A stretch of 64,000 nt of DNA from the IMG/VR virus record IMGVR_UViG_3300023178_000019, positions 34,564 through 98,563 of that record, one strand, 5' to 3'. Each line of letters opens with the position of its first letter. Position 1 is the stretch's first letter. This stretch comes from a virus. This document shows, in pieces, positions 51,279-59,113 of the stretch. The position numbers were made by a program, and so were the translations under genes. A model generated the notes under the pieces. That model made no database searches. It was not told the DNA's origin and worked only from the letters and a program-made list of their open reading frames with translations.

Positions 51279-51668
51279 TTAGATTGCAGTTAATACTAGT
51301 ACGTTTGCTGTTGAATCGTCAGTAACAGTCCATGTATAACGATTGTTATTAAAATCAAACATTGTACGGTTGTGTACTTTACGAATGTTTACAGCACTTT
51401 CTCCGGCTACAAAACCTTGTAGAACCATTTCGTTAGCTGCTAGTGATCCAATTGCTTTGTCAACTAGTGTACATACACCTGTGTTACCTGATGTTCCATC
51501 TGGATCATCGTGACAGTTAAATTTTGTTTCTGAGCGTTGTGATAAAATTACACCGTTGCCAACTGCTGCGTTAGCACCAATTTTACACATTACTGTTAGG
51601 TTATTACCTTCAGTACCTGCTGAACCTTCAGTAGCACCAAAGTATCTTTTGTTTAATGGGCGTCCCAT
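51279..51668 (-). CDS. Hypothetical late protein (129 aa), probably structural
   Basis: Strong AAGGAG RBS, own late motif (51760-51767) and terminator. Confidence 0.7.
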   Translation of the reverse strand: MGRPLNKRYFGATEGSAGTEGNNLTVMCKIGANAAVGNGVILSQRSETKFNCHDDPDGTSGNTGVCTLVDKAIGSLAANEMVLQGFVAGESAVNIRKVHNRTMFDFNNNRYTWTVTDDSTANVLVLTAI

Positions 51669-51774
51669 AATTATCTCCTTTGTTTAATCATTGCCGTTCT
51701 AGGGTCTACGCGGTGAGTTTCCGCATAAGTCCTCAATAGAGGCTCCTATATGACAATAGTATTTATCCAAAGAG

Positions 51775-51800
51775 AAAAAAGCCCGCACAGTGGCGGGCTC
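51775..51800 (-). terminator. Intrinsic terminator closing the candidate ncRNA
   Basis: Minus strand GAGCCCGC-CACTGT-GCGGGCTTTTTT. Confidence 0.85.
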
Positions 51801-51805
51801 TAAGA

Positions 51806-52022
51806 ATAAGCAAAATAGGTAGGACTCGGTTACACCTACAAGCCGCGGACCAAATACCATTTCATCTCCGCAACAACCTGCTTCCGCTCGGTAGAGCGAT
51901 GTGACACTGCCTGTTTCCAGTACAACGCCTGGGTACCACCCCTAAGCAGTCAAGTTCGACGCTCTGGTAAACGCCTCTTCCTTGCACTATAAACATTGAC
52001 TAGCTAAGTCTTTGTTGCTTAT
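51806..52022 (-). ncRNA. Candidate structured non-coding RNA (~217 nt)
   Basis: GC-rich intergenic block between a sigma70 promoter and a terminator. Its 5' and 3' ends are complementary (AUAAGCAA/UUGCUUAU) and it contains multiple hairpins, including a GAAA tetraloop. Confidence 0.7.
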
Positions 52023-52028
52023 GTTATT

Positions 52029-52056
52029 AATATAACATCTTTATAGTAAAAGTCAA
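52029..52056 (-). promoter_or_regulatory. Sigma70-type promoter for the candidate ncRNA
   Basis: Minus strand TTGACT (52056-52051), 16-nt spacer, extended -10 TG-T-TATATT (hexamer 52034-52029). Predicted +1 near 52022. Confidence 0.7.
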
Positions 52057-52138
52057 CCACTTTTTATAGAAAATTAATGATTTTCTGCAAGATTTTTTTT
52101 AAAAAGTGTGTTTAAATAATAGTTGAAAGGAGAGCATT

Positions 52139-52210
52139 ATGTGGACAAAACCTAGCTATACTGAAATGCGTTTTGGCTTTGAAGTTACAATGTATGTAAT
52201 GAACAAGTAA
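52139..52210 (+). CDS. pqqA: Pyrroloquinoline quinone precursor peptide PqqA (23 aa)
   Basis: Translates to MWTKPSYTEMRFGFEVTMYVMNK*, with the MW.KP leader, R.G.E and the E15-x3-Y19 core of PqqA. AAGGAG RBS lies 6 nt upstream. Below the ORF-track size cut-off. Confidence 0.93.
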   Translation: MWTKPSYTEMRFGFEVTMYVMNK

Positions 52211-52220
52211 AAATGTAGTC

Positions 52221-52258
52221 AAAAAAATAGGCCCCGTAGGGCCTATTTCTAGTTTTTT
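52221..52258. terminator. Bidirectional terminator between pqqA and the major capsid gene
   Basis: AAAAAAATAGGCCC-CGTA-GGGCCTATTT followed by a T-run. Confidence 0.85.
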
Positions 52259-52269
52259 ACAACTATAAC

Positions 52270-53445
52270 TTAGCTAAATGTTACGCCTGCGGCGATATCA
52301 ACTTTACCTAAGTAGTCAGCTGCGTTACCTAGTGATGACGCAGTGTTTGTAAGCTCAACATAACCATAACGTGTCATAAATGATACTGTTGGTTCGAATG
52401 TTGATGGATCTAGTACAACACCTGAGCTCATTAGTGGGATATATGGGCAGTAGAACGCTGCTGCGTCTGACTCGCTTGATCCTTTATAACCAATAAGAAC
52501 TGGTGCAGTATCTGATGCATATGTGTTAACATATACTTTCATTGCGTTGTTCAATGTACCAACCATTTTTGTGTTAGTTGGTGCTTCGAATGTACCTTCT
52601 GTTGTACGAGCGAACGCTGAAGTAGTTGCTGACTGTAGGATTGTTAGCGCGAATGGGCTAACAACTGCCCAGTTACCAGCACCACGTCTTGTACGCTGTG
52701 CAATCAAGTTTGATACTCTGTTGATTTGAACTGCTAGTGCAGCATGTTCGTCACCAACAAAAGTAGCTGTACCTGAAACGGCTGTTTGATCATAAGTTTC
52801 AGTAGCAGCGCCTGCTAGTGAACTTAGTGAGCCTAGTACTTCTTGGTCGATTTCAGCAGTAATCTCTTGAGCAAGTGCTGCCATGATTTCTGCTTCAACG
52901 TCAATACCGTGCTGTGATTGAGCATCTTGTGCCGCTTCGAATGTCCAGCGAGCTGATAGCTTTCTGGTTTTCGCTTCGACAGTTTGTTTCAAGATTTGGA
53001 TTGACATTCTGTTACCAGCCTGTCCTTCAAGTGCTGCTGTTGCCGCTGCGCGGTCAGTTGCTGCATCACCTGAATATCCTTCTGCAATCTTGAACGGTGA
53101 TAGTGCTTCTTCACCAGCAGTAGCTGAAGTGCCACCTGTGCTAGTAAAGTCGTCGCTATAACGTACTCTTAGTGTGTGGATTTGACCCACTGGACCTGTC
53201 ATTGGCTGAACACCAACCAACTCGTTTGCAATAACGGTTGGCATAACACGTCTGATAACTGGTAGGATAACTCTGTTTAGAGTTGCTACATTACCGGCAG
53301 AAGTTGCACCAGCTGTTGCTGATTCTGAAAGATACTTACGAGTATTTTCTAGAGTCGCTTCCATAACAGCTTTCTTGTTGCCTTTTAGGCCTTCAACAAG
53401 TGCAGTCTTAGTGTCCTGCCAGCGACTTTCTAATAGTTCTGACAT
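52270..53445 (-). CDS. gp23: Major capsid protein (T4 gp23-like)
   Basis: VGVQPMTGPVGQI, VEAKTRKLSARWT.E.AQD...HG.D.E.E, EI..EID.E, FYCPYIPL, FMTRYG. Confidence 0.96.
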   Translation of the reverse strand: MSELLESRWQDTKTALVEGLKGNKKAVMEATLENTRKYLSESATAGATSAGNVATLNRVILPVIRRVMPTVIANELVGVQPMTGPVGQIHTLRVRYSDDFTSTGGTSATAGEEALSPFKIAEGYSGDAATDRAAATAALEGQAGNRMSIQILKQTVEAKTRKLSARWTFEAAQDAQSQHGIDVEAEIMAALAQEITAEIDQEVLGSLSSLAGAATETYDQTAVSGTATFVGDEHAALAVQINRVSNLIAQRTRRGAGNWAVVSPFALTILQSATTSAFARTTEGTFEAPTNTKMVGTLNNAMKVYVNTYASDTAPVLIGYKGSSESDAAAFYCPYIPLMSSGVVLDPSTFEPTVSFMTRYGYVELTNTASSLGNAADYLGKVDIAAGVTFS

Positions 53446-53461
53446 TTTGATTTCTCCTATA

Positions 53462-54562
53462 TTATAATCCAGCTAGACGCTTAATGTCAATGACATTACC
53501 GTCTGCGCCTGCTTGTGAACTAACGTTAGTTTGCGAATATTCGCGGTTGCCTGTAACTTCTTTGCCTTCTGCTAAAACTGCCTTCTTCTTAGCCGGAGTA
53601 TTACCGTCGATTACCGCCGGTAGGTATTTGTCAAACGCAGACTGAAGTCTGTCTGTTTGTACTGATTCCAGTAAGTCTGTCATAATTTCACGTTGAGCTT
53701 TGCCTAATGGCGCAACTAAATCGTTCAATTTCTTTTCTCTCTTTGCAGATTCAATTAATACAGCTTTTTCTTTTACTGCTGACTCTGCAAGCACTTTTGC
53801 TTTGACAGCTAACGCTTTATTTTCATTGATCTGTTTATCTTTAGTTTCAATAACTTTCAATAATTTTGCAGTCTCTGATTTTTCGTTTAAGTAGCTGTTT
53901 GCATATTCTGAAGCAAAAGCTTCGAATACTTTACGACCGAAGTCGTTTTTACGTGCTGCTTCAATGTCATCTTTAAGTTGACTAATTTCTTTATTAAGAT
54001 TTTTACCAACTGTTTCTGACACCAAGTTTGCACTTTTAGCAACAAATTCTTTTTGAACTGCTGCAAATTTTTCTTTGGCTTCGCGTACAAGACGTACTTT
54101 AGTTTCAGCCAAGTCTTTTTTATCTTCGTAAAACTCTGCAATTTCTTTTGCAAGTGCTTCTACCACAAATTCTTCAAGTTGTGTGAACTTTTGTGCTACT
54201 GCTTTTTGATCTTCGTGAAGTTCGCTAACTTCTTTCTTTAGCGATTCTAATACAAAGTTTTTAAGTAGAGTTGCATTTTCACGTTGTGCAACAGCATATT
54301 TTGCTTTTGCTTCAGCTAGACCTTTACGATCTTCTGCAAACTCTGCAAGCTCTGAACTAAGACGCTCTTCTAATAGCTTGTCAATTGACTCTACCATAGT
54401 TTGTTTGTCATGTTCATATTTCTTTGCAAATTCTTCACGAAGTTCAGCTGTAGCTGCACGACGGTTTTCTTTAACCTTCGCGTTCCACGCTTCTTCGATT
54501 TCGTGACGCACTTCTTCTGAAACTACATCGTTTTCGAAAAGTGTTTTTAGTGCATCCAACAT
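53462..54562 (-). CDS. gp22: Prohead core scaffolding protein (T4 gp22-like)
   Basis: E/K/A-rich coiled coil between the protease and capsid genes; KVFEAF motif. Confidence 0.8.
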   Translation of the reverse strand: MLDALKTLFENDVVSEEVRHEIEEAWNAKVKENRRAATAELREEFAKKYEHDKQTMVESIDKLLEERLSSELAEFAEDRKGLAEAKAKYAVAQRENATLLKNFVLESLKKEVSELHEDQKAVAQKFTQLEEFVVEALAKEIAEFYEDKKDLAETKVRLVREAKEKFAAVQKEFVAKSANLVSETVGKNLNKEISQLKDDIEAARKNDFGRKVFEAFASEYANSYLNEKSETAKLLKVIETKDKQINENKALAVKAKVLAESAVKEKAVLIESAKREKKLNDLVAPLGKAQREIMTDLLESVQTDRLQSAFDKYLPAVIDGNTPAKKKAVLAEGKEVTGNREYSQTNVSSQAGADGNVIDIKRLAGL

Positions 54563-54577
54563 AATTAGTTTCTCCTT

Positions 54578-55210
54578 TTATTGGAGTCGGTTGATTATAT
54601 TAACCAACGATTCTTTTAAATATTTTTGTGCCTTATCGTCATGTTTTGTTGCCTGAGCTAATTCGTATGCCTTATACCCTCCACGGGCATTCATTAGATG
54701 CTCATAGATTGGTGTTGGGTATGCACCAGGGGCGCTTGGCTGTGCTACTGCGTCCACGGTGATTATTTCAAAATCAGAAACTTGGTTTTGACCGTCTTCT
54801 GATACATTACCTGATCCTCTTGATGAAACACCTAGTTTCACACCAGCTTCAAGCATAGTGCGAACTAGGTTTCCCATCGGTGTTGGTAAAATTTTAAGTT
54901 TACCGTAACCGTTTGGTCCATCCATCCACATTTCTGTGATCATATGGCTTACACGGTCTAGGTTGATGTTAAGGCCTTCTGGATGATCGACTTCACCGAG
55001 AACACTATATCCTCCTGCTATTTGATCATTGAGAGTTTTGACAGCCCTACCAATTTCATTTACAGGATATACACGTTGGTTTGCATTACGCACACCGCCT
55101 TGTATGCAGATGCCTTTCATATAAAGGTCTTTTCCGCCTGTAGCGTTATCAGTAGACTCAACAACCATTCCTGCCTGGTCGAATGTCAAATGCTCTCGTA
55201 AGTTTTTCAT
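54578..55210 (-). CDS. gp21: Prohead protease (T4 gp21-like)
   Basis: NANQRVYP, GEVDHP, RVSH, TPMG, GVSSRGSG, D.VAQPSAPGAY. Confidence 0.95.
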   Translation of the reverse strand: MKNLREHLTFDQAGMVVESTDNATGGKDLYMKGICIQGGVRNANQRVYPVNEIGRAVKTLNDQIAGGYSVLGEVDHPEGLNINLDRVSHMITEMWMDGPNGYGKLKILPTPMGNLVRTMLEAGVKLGVSSRGSGNVSEDGQNQVSDFEIITVDAVAQPSAPGAYPTPIYEHLMNARGGYKAYELAQATKHDDKAQKYLKESLVNIINRLQ

Positions 55211-55234
55211 TCAAACTTCCTTATATTATACTGC

Positions 55235-56245
55235 TTATTTTGCTCTTGTGCTTACGCCGTTAAGTGTGCTTTGAGCTGATTTGTCAGCAGTCTCAGGCTT
55301 TCCTTTTTTCTCTGCGCCATGACCTGGTTGTGTTTTACCAGCTTTTGCAGCTTTTCCGCCTGGAACATTGACGTTACCAGCATTATCTTCTTTTGCAGTT
55401 TGCTGATTTAGTGCATTACCTTTTACACTTGAACCTGCGCCTGCTTCTGCTACATCGCCTGTGTCGCTTTGTGCAATATTGCCTGCTGTTCCGCCCATGT
55501 CGTTTTTACCAGCAACTGCTGACTTAGTACCGTTAGTACCTGTGTCACCCATTGTTGCGGTTACCTTTTCGACATACTCACGCATTGTTTCACCTGCGCT
55601 TTTGTCTTCATCTTTCTTTTCTTCGACTTCTTCGTCTGATGCTTCGTCGACTTCTTCGTCTGCTGCTTCGTCTACTTCTTCATCATCTGATTCAAAAGCA
55701 AATGACTCTTCTTCAGCTTCGTCATCGTCGCCCATGTCCATGTCCATGTCCATTTCTGGCTCTTCGTCGCCTGGCTCTTCGCCGTCCATCATTGCATCAA
55801 ATTCTGCTTTTAGATCTTCTAGTGCATCTTCTAGATCCATTACACGATCTTCTAAATCTTCGTCGCCTTCGCCTTCGCCTTCGTCGCCTTCGTCGTCAGC
55901 TGGCATTTCAAGATCACCCATCATGTCATCGCCTGCGTCTCCGCCCATGTCCATTGGGTCAGCTTCAACTTCAAATTCATCAAGGTCGAAGTTTTCATCT
56001 AAATCTTCTTCGTCTGACTCATCTACTTCTTCATCAGTAGCTTCATCTACTTCTTCGTCTGACTCATCTACTTCTTCATCAGTAGCTTCATCTACTTCTT
56101 CGTCTTCTAGCTCTGCTTCAAGTAGGTTTTCATATATTTCACGTGATTTTTCTACCACGATTTCGTGGAAAAGCTCTTCCGCACCTGCTTTGTCTTCATT
56201 GACTAGGCGCTCAAGCATTTCTTCAAATTTCTTGTGATCTGCCAT
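55235..56245 (-). CDS. Highly acidic prohead-core-like protein (336 aa)
   Basis: Long D/E tracts, GGAG RBS, directly upstream of the protease where T4 has its small core proteins. Confidence 0.7.
   Translation of the reverse strand: MADHKKFEEMLERLVNEDKAGAEELFHEIVVEKSREIYENLLEAELEDEEVDEATDEEVDESDEEVDEATDEEVDESDEEDLDENFDLDEFEVEADPMDMGGDAGDDMMGDLEMPADDEGDEGEGEGDEDLEDRVMDLEDALEDLKAEFDAMMDGEEPGDEEPEMDMDMDMGDDDEAEEESFAFESDDEEVDEAADEEVDEASDEEVEEKKDEDKSAGETMREYVEKVTATMGDTGTNGTKSAVAGKNDMGGTAGNIAQSDTGDVAEAGAGSSVKGNALNQQTAKEDNAGNVNVPGGKAAKAGKTQPGHGAEKKGKPETADKSAQSTLNGVSTRAK
56005..56105. repeat. Perfect 45-bp tandem repeat (about 2.2 copies) in the acidic protein gene
   Basis: CTTCTTCGTCTGACTCATCTACTTCTTCATCAGTAGCTTCATCTA at 56005 and 56050; encodes DEATDEEVDESDEE. 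Confidence 0.9.
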
Positions 56246-56353
56246 TTTTTTCTCCTATAAAGTTTTACCTATGGTAAGGCTGTCATTATTATTTAACAAG
56301 AAAGAGAAAATATGCGTAGAAATAGGCTCAAAACGAGCCATTTTATTAAAATG

Positions 56354-57073
56354 TTAGGAAATGTTGAACATTTTTTTGAAATCTTCAACAATAATTGTTT
56401 TAAAATTACTAATATTATTTAGTTCTGGTGGTTGAAAGTTTTCTTGTGTTATAACTCTAAAATAGTTAATATGAGGAAATTCTTTTATTACTTTTGTAGT
56501 TTGTTTAAGCCAGTTTCCATAATATGTTGCTGTGTCTGTTGTTTTTTTGTAGTTAGGTGTCCCTGCATACATATTATTAATTAGTTTACCGTTGTCTAAT
56601 CCTTTATAGTCAAAGCCTAAAATAAAAATATTCTTATGTGCATGTTGACTTGCTAACAACAATGCCGTTGGACCGCTACTCCAACCTCTGCTAGGTTTAA
56701 AAAAATTTAAACCTTTTATATTTTTGTAGGCTCTATTAGGATTAGTCCAAACATTAGGATTTTGCTCTATGTATTTTTTATTTTCAAGTTCTAAAATCAT
56801 TTTTACATCAACAGCAATTAGATAGTCAGGATCAAACTGTCTATATAAGGCATTGCATCCGTATACTTTTCCGTACTGTTGAATTTGTTTTGGATCTATG
56901 TATTTTCGAGAAGTTCCGTTGCCTAAAACAAAAGCATAACTTTTTCCAGTATGTTCGTTAGGATAAATTTTTGGTTTAGGTTTTAACTGAGCTAGAGCTT
57001 TCTGCGTTCTACGCTCGGATAATATTTTTTGTATTTCTTTTTTAGTGTACTTAGACTTGTCTAACTTTGGCAT
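56354..57073 (-). CDS. Putative glycosyltransferase-like protein (Maf/sialyltransferase-like Rossmann motifs)
   Basis: VLGNGTSR, YGCNALYR, PDYLIAVD, SSGPTAL, IFILGFD. Confidence 0.6.
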   Translation of the reverse strand: MPKLDKSKYTKKEIQKILSERRTQKALAQLKPKPKIYPNEHTGKSYAFVLGNGTSRKYIDPKQIQQYGKVYGCNALYRQFDPDYLIAVDVKMILELENKKYIEQNPNVWTNPNRAYKNIKGLNFFKPSRGWSSGPTALLLASQHAHKNIFILGFDYKGLDNGKLINNMYAGTPNYKKTTDTATYYGNWLKQTTKVIKEFPHINYFRVITQENFQPPELNNISNFKTIIVEDFKKMFNIS

Positions 57074-57084
57074 TGTACACCATA

Positions 57085-57336
57085 TTAAATTCCGCCTGCT
57101 GCTGCTTGTTGTGCAGCAAGTCCGTACATTTGTCTAACAAACTCTAGTTCTTTAGACTGTTCTAAGGTGTGTACATCAGATGCTTTTCTAGCTCTGTTAA
57201 TTTGTCTTAATGTAAGTCTTGTTTTTCTTGTATCAGAACTTTTTACAATAGAGTCGTCATACTGAGGCTCATAAGCCATATCTTCTGTTGGCTCAAGTGT
57301 TTCTTTGTCGTAATAAAAAAGTTCTCTTAGTATCAT
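57085..57336 (-). CDS. Hypothetical head-cluster protein (83 aa)
   Basis: MILRELF...RKTRLTLRQIN. Minus-strand TAAATA lies 5 nt before the ATG. Confidence 0.7.
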   Translation of the reverse strand: MILRELFYYDKETLEPTEDMAYEPQYDDSIVKSSDTRKTRLTLRQINRARKASDVHTLEQSKELEFVRQMYGLAAQQAAAGGI

Positions 57337-57351
57337 GTTATTATTTATGCT

Positions 57352-59112
57352 TTATATTGTCTGATCATTTGCCGGCGCTGCTGCTGCGCCACCTATATCT
57401 TGTCCTGTTGCTGTTTCTGGTGGTGCTCCTTCTCCACCGTCTTCAGGTGCTGGTCCTCCAGCTGCAACATCTTCTGCACCGTCTAAATCGGAACTAATGC
57501 CTGCGCTGCTAATGCCTGCTGTTCTCATTTCACCTGCGCCATCTGTATCAGGTGTTCCTAGATTTTCGTCATTTTCTTCACGCCATAGTCTTTCATTCTC
57601 TGCAATCTCTTCAGCACTCATTCCTAAGAAGCGTTTCATTGCAAATCTGTTTGAAACATAAGGAATTGCACTCATTTGTGTAAACGTTGGAACTCTTGCA
57701 TTGTCTAGTTCTGACTGTCTATATGCTGCAAAGTTTTGCGGTGCTTGGAACTCAAGATCAAACATGTTAGTGTCAATGTTTACACCTTGTTCTAACAAAT
57801 AACGCTTAAAGTCTTGATTAAATTCTTCTGTAATTAAGCCTTGCAGACGTTCACAGTAGTTATTGAAGCGAAGTTCTTGAATGTATGCAGTGCCAACTCG
57901 TCCATCTTGAAATGAAGTGGCACCATCGTCAGCTCCAGTAGGTAAGTACGAAGATGGGATACGTAAGCCGCGTACCAACTTATTAGTAAAGTATCTAAGG
58001 TCATCAATTTCTCCTAGGTTAGTGCCACCTGGAAGCGTTTCAACTTTAGAGCCTCTACCTTCTGCGGTCTGTGGGAAGAAGTAGTCTTCGTTGATTGATA
58101 GAGGATTGTATGATGAGTCTATGACATTCTGACCGCCCCCTGTTGACGATGGGATCCTTCTCTGATGGATTTCCGTCTTAACACGTTCCACAAACTGCAT
58201 TGCCAAGTGACTTGGCATGTTACCCACATCAACGTAGAATACTCTGCGCTCCGGCGCACGTTGGACACGATAGATGATGATCGCATCCTCAAGCAGTTCT
58301 TTCTGCTTGTAAACTTTAAAAATGCTTTCAAGCAAACTGTTACCAAATGGATAGTTTTGATCAAGTCCTTCACTTAAACTTAAATGAACAACATGTTCTG
58401 CATTAATAGCAACTTCTCCGTCTTCGACATTAAATCTAGAACCTTGAAGTCCTTGCTGAGGTTGTCCAACCATTCCTCTACCACTTCCAGTAAAGTACCC
58501 GGTATTAGGATTGCCGCCGCCTGTTATGTTGCCTGTAGTTTGAAAAGGTGTTGTTGCTACTAATTCTTTAAAGTTTAAATTAAAATCTTTAATTATATAT
58601 TGTTCAGGAGTTTTTCCTTCTGACTCGTTAACAATAATTCTTGTAAGTTTAGCAGGATCAACATGATACCATTTTTTAGTTTCTGGGTCTCTTACAAATA
58701 TTGCATCTCCGTATTTAAATACATTACGGAAGATACGAAACATACGTGTTTCAAATTTTTGAACTTTGCACCATTGTTTTAAGTATTGCCCTAGAATTGT
58801 AATTTCTGAATTAGTTGCATTTTTAAAAAAATTAAATTTAAAATTAGTTCCGTTTTCGTCATTGATTTGTGTACAAAACTCTGCAAGAATATCTAATGCA
58901 GCGTTTACTTCACTGTCATTGTCCATGGTGTTGTATTGACCATAACGCTCAACACGATTAGGTGATCCAACATATACATCAGGAAGATATGATGAATAAT
59001 TAGAACGTGCAGGGCCTGGGCGGGCACCAGATGCTGTTCCGCTTAAAGGACTGTAAGTTCCGTTAATTGAGTTATCTGAACTCACAGGTGTAAAATATTT
59101 TTTCCAACTCAA
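57352..59112 (-). CDS. gp20: Portal vertex protein (T4 gp20-like), TTG start
   Basis: LEDAIIIYRVQRAPERRVFYVDVGNMP, EDYFFP..AEGRGS.V.TLPGG.NLGEIDDLRYF. GAGGAG precedes the TTG. Confidence 0.95.
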   Translation of the reverse strand: MSWKKYFTPVSSDNSINGTYSPLSGTASGARPGPARSNYSSYLPDVYVGSPNRVERYGQYNTMDNDSEVNAALDILAEFCTQINDENGTNFKFNFFKNATNSEITILGQYLKQWCKVQKFETRMFRIFRNVFKYGDAIFVRDPETKKWYHVDPAKLTRIIVNESEGKTPEQYIIKDFNLNFKELVATTPFQTTGNITGGGNPNTGYFTGSGRGMVGQPQQGLQGSRFNVEDGEVAINAEHVVHLSLSEGLDQNYPFGNSLLESIFKVYKQKELLEDAIIIYRVQRAPERRVFYVDVGNMPSHLAMQFVERVKTEIHQRRIPSSTGGGQNVIDSSYNPLSINEDYFFPQTAEGRGSKVETLPGGTNLGEIDDLRYFTNKLVRGLRIPSSYLPTGADDGATSFQDGRVGTAYIQELRFNNYCERLQGLITEEFNQDFKRYLLEQGVNIDTNMFDLEFQAPQNFAAYRQSELDNARVPTFTQMSAIPYVSNRFAMKRFLGMSAEEIAENERLWREENDENLGTPDTDGAGEMRTAGISSAGISSDLDGAEDVAAGGPAPEDGGEGAPPETATGQDIGGAAAAPANDQTI

Positions 59113-59113
59113 T

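Noticed and set aside
51862-51996. 44-codon minus-strand ORF (MFIVQGRG...) within the candidate ncRNA
   Set aside because: No SD and GC-rich codons unlike the phage genes; the extensive pairing explains the sequence better. Not fully excluded.
55461-56237. 258-aa Ser-rich and 162-aa Leu/Arg-rich ORFs on +
   Set aside because: Antisense shadows of the low-complexity acidic gene.
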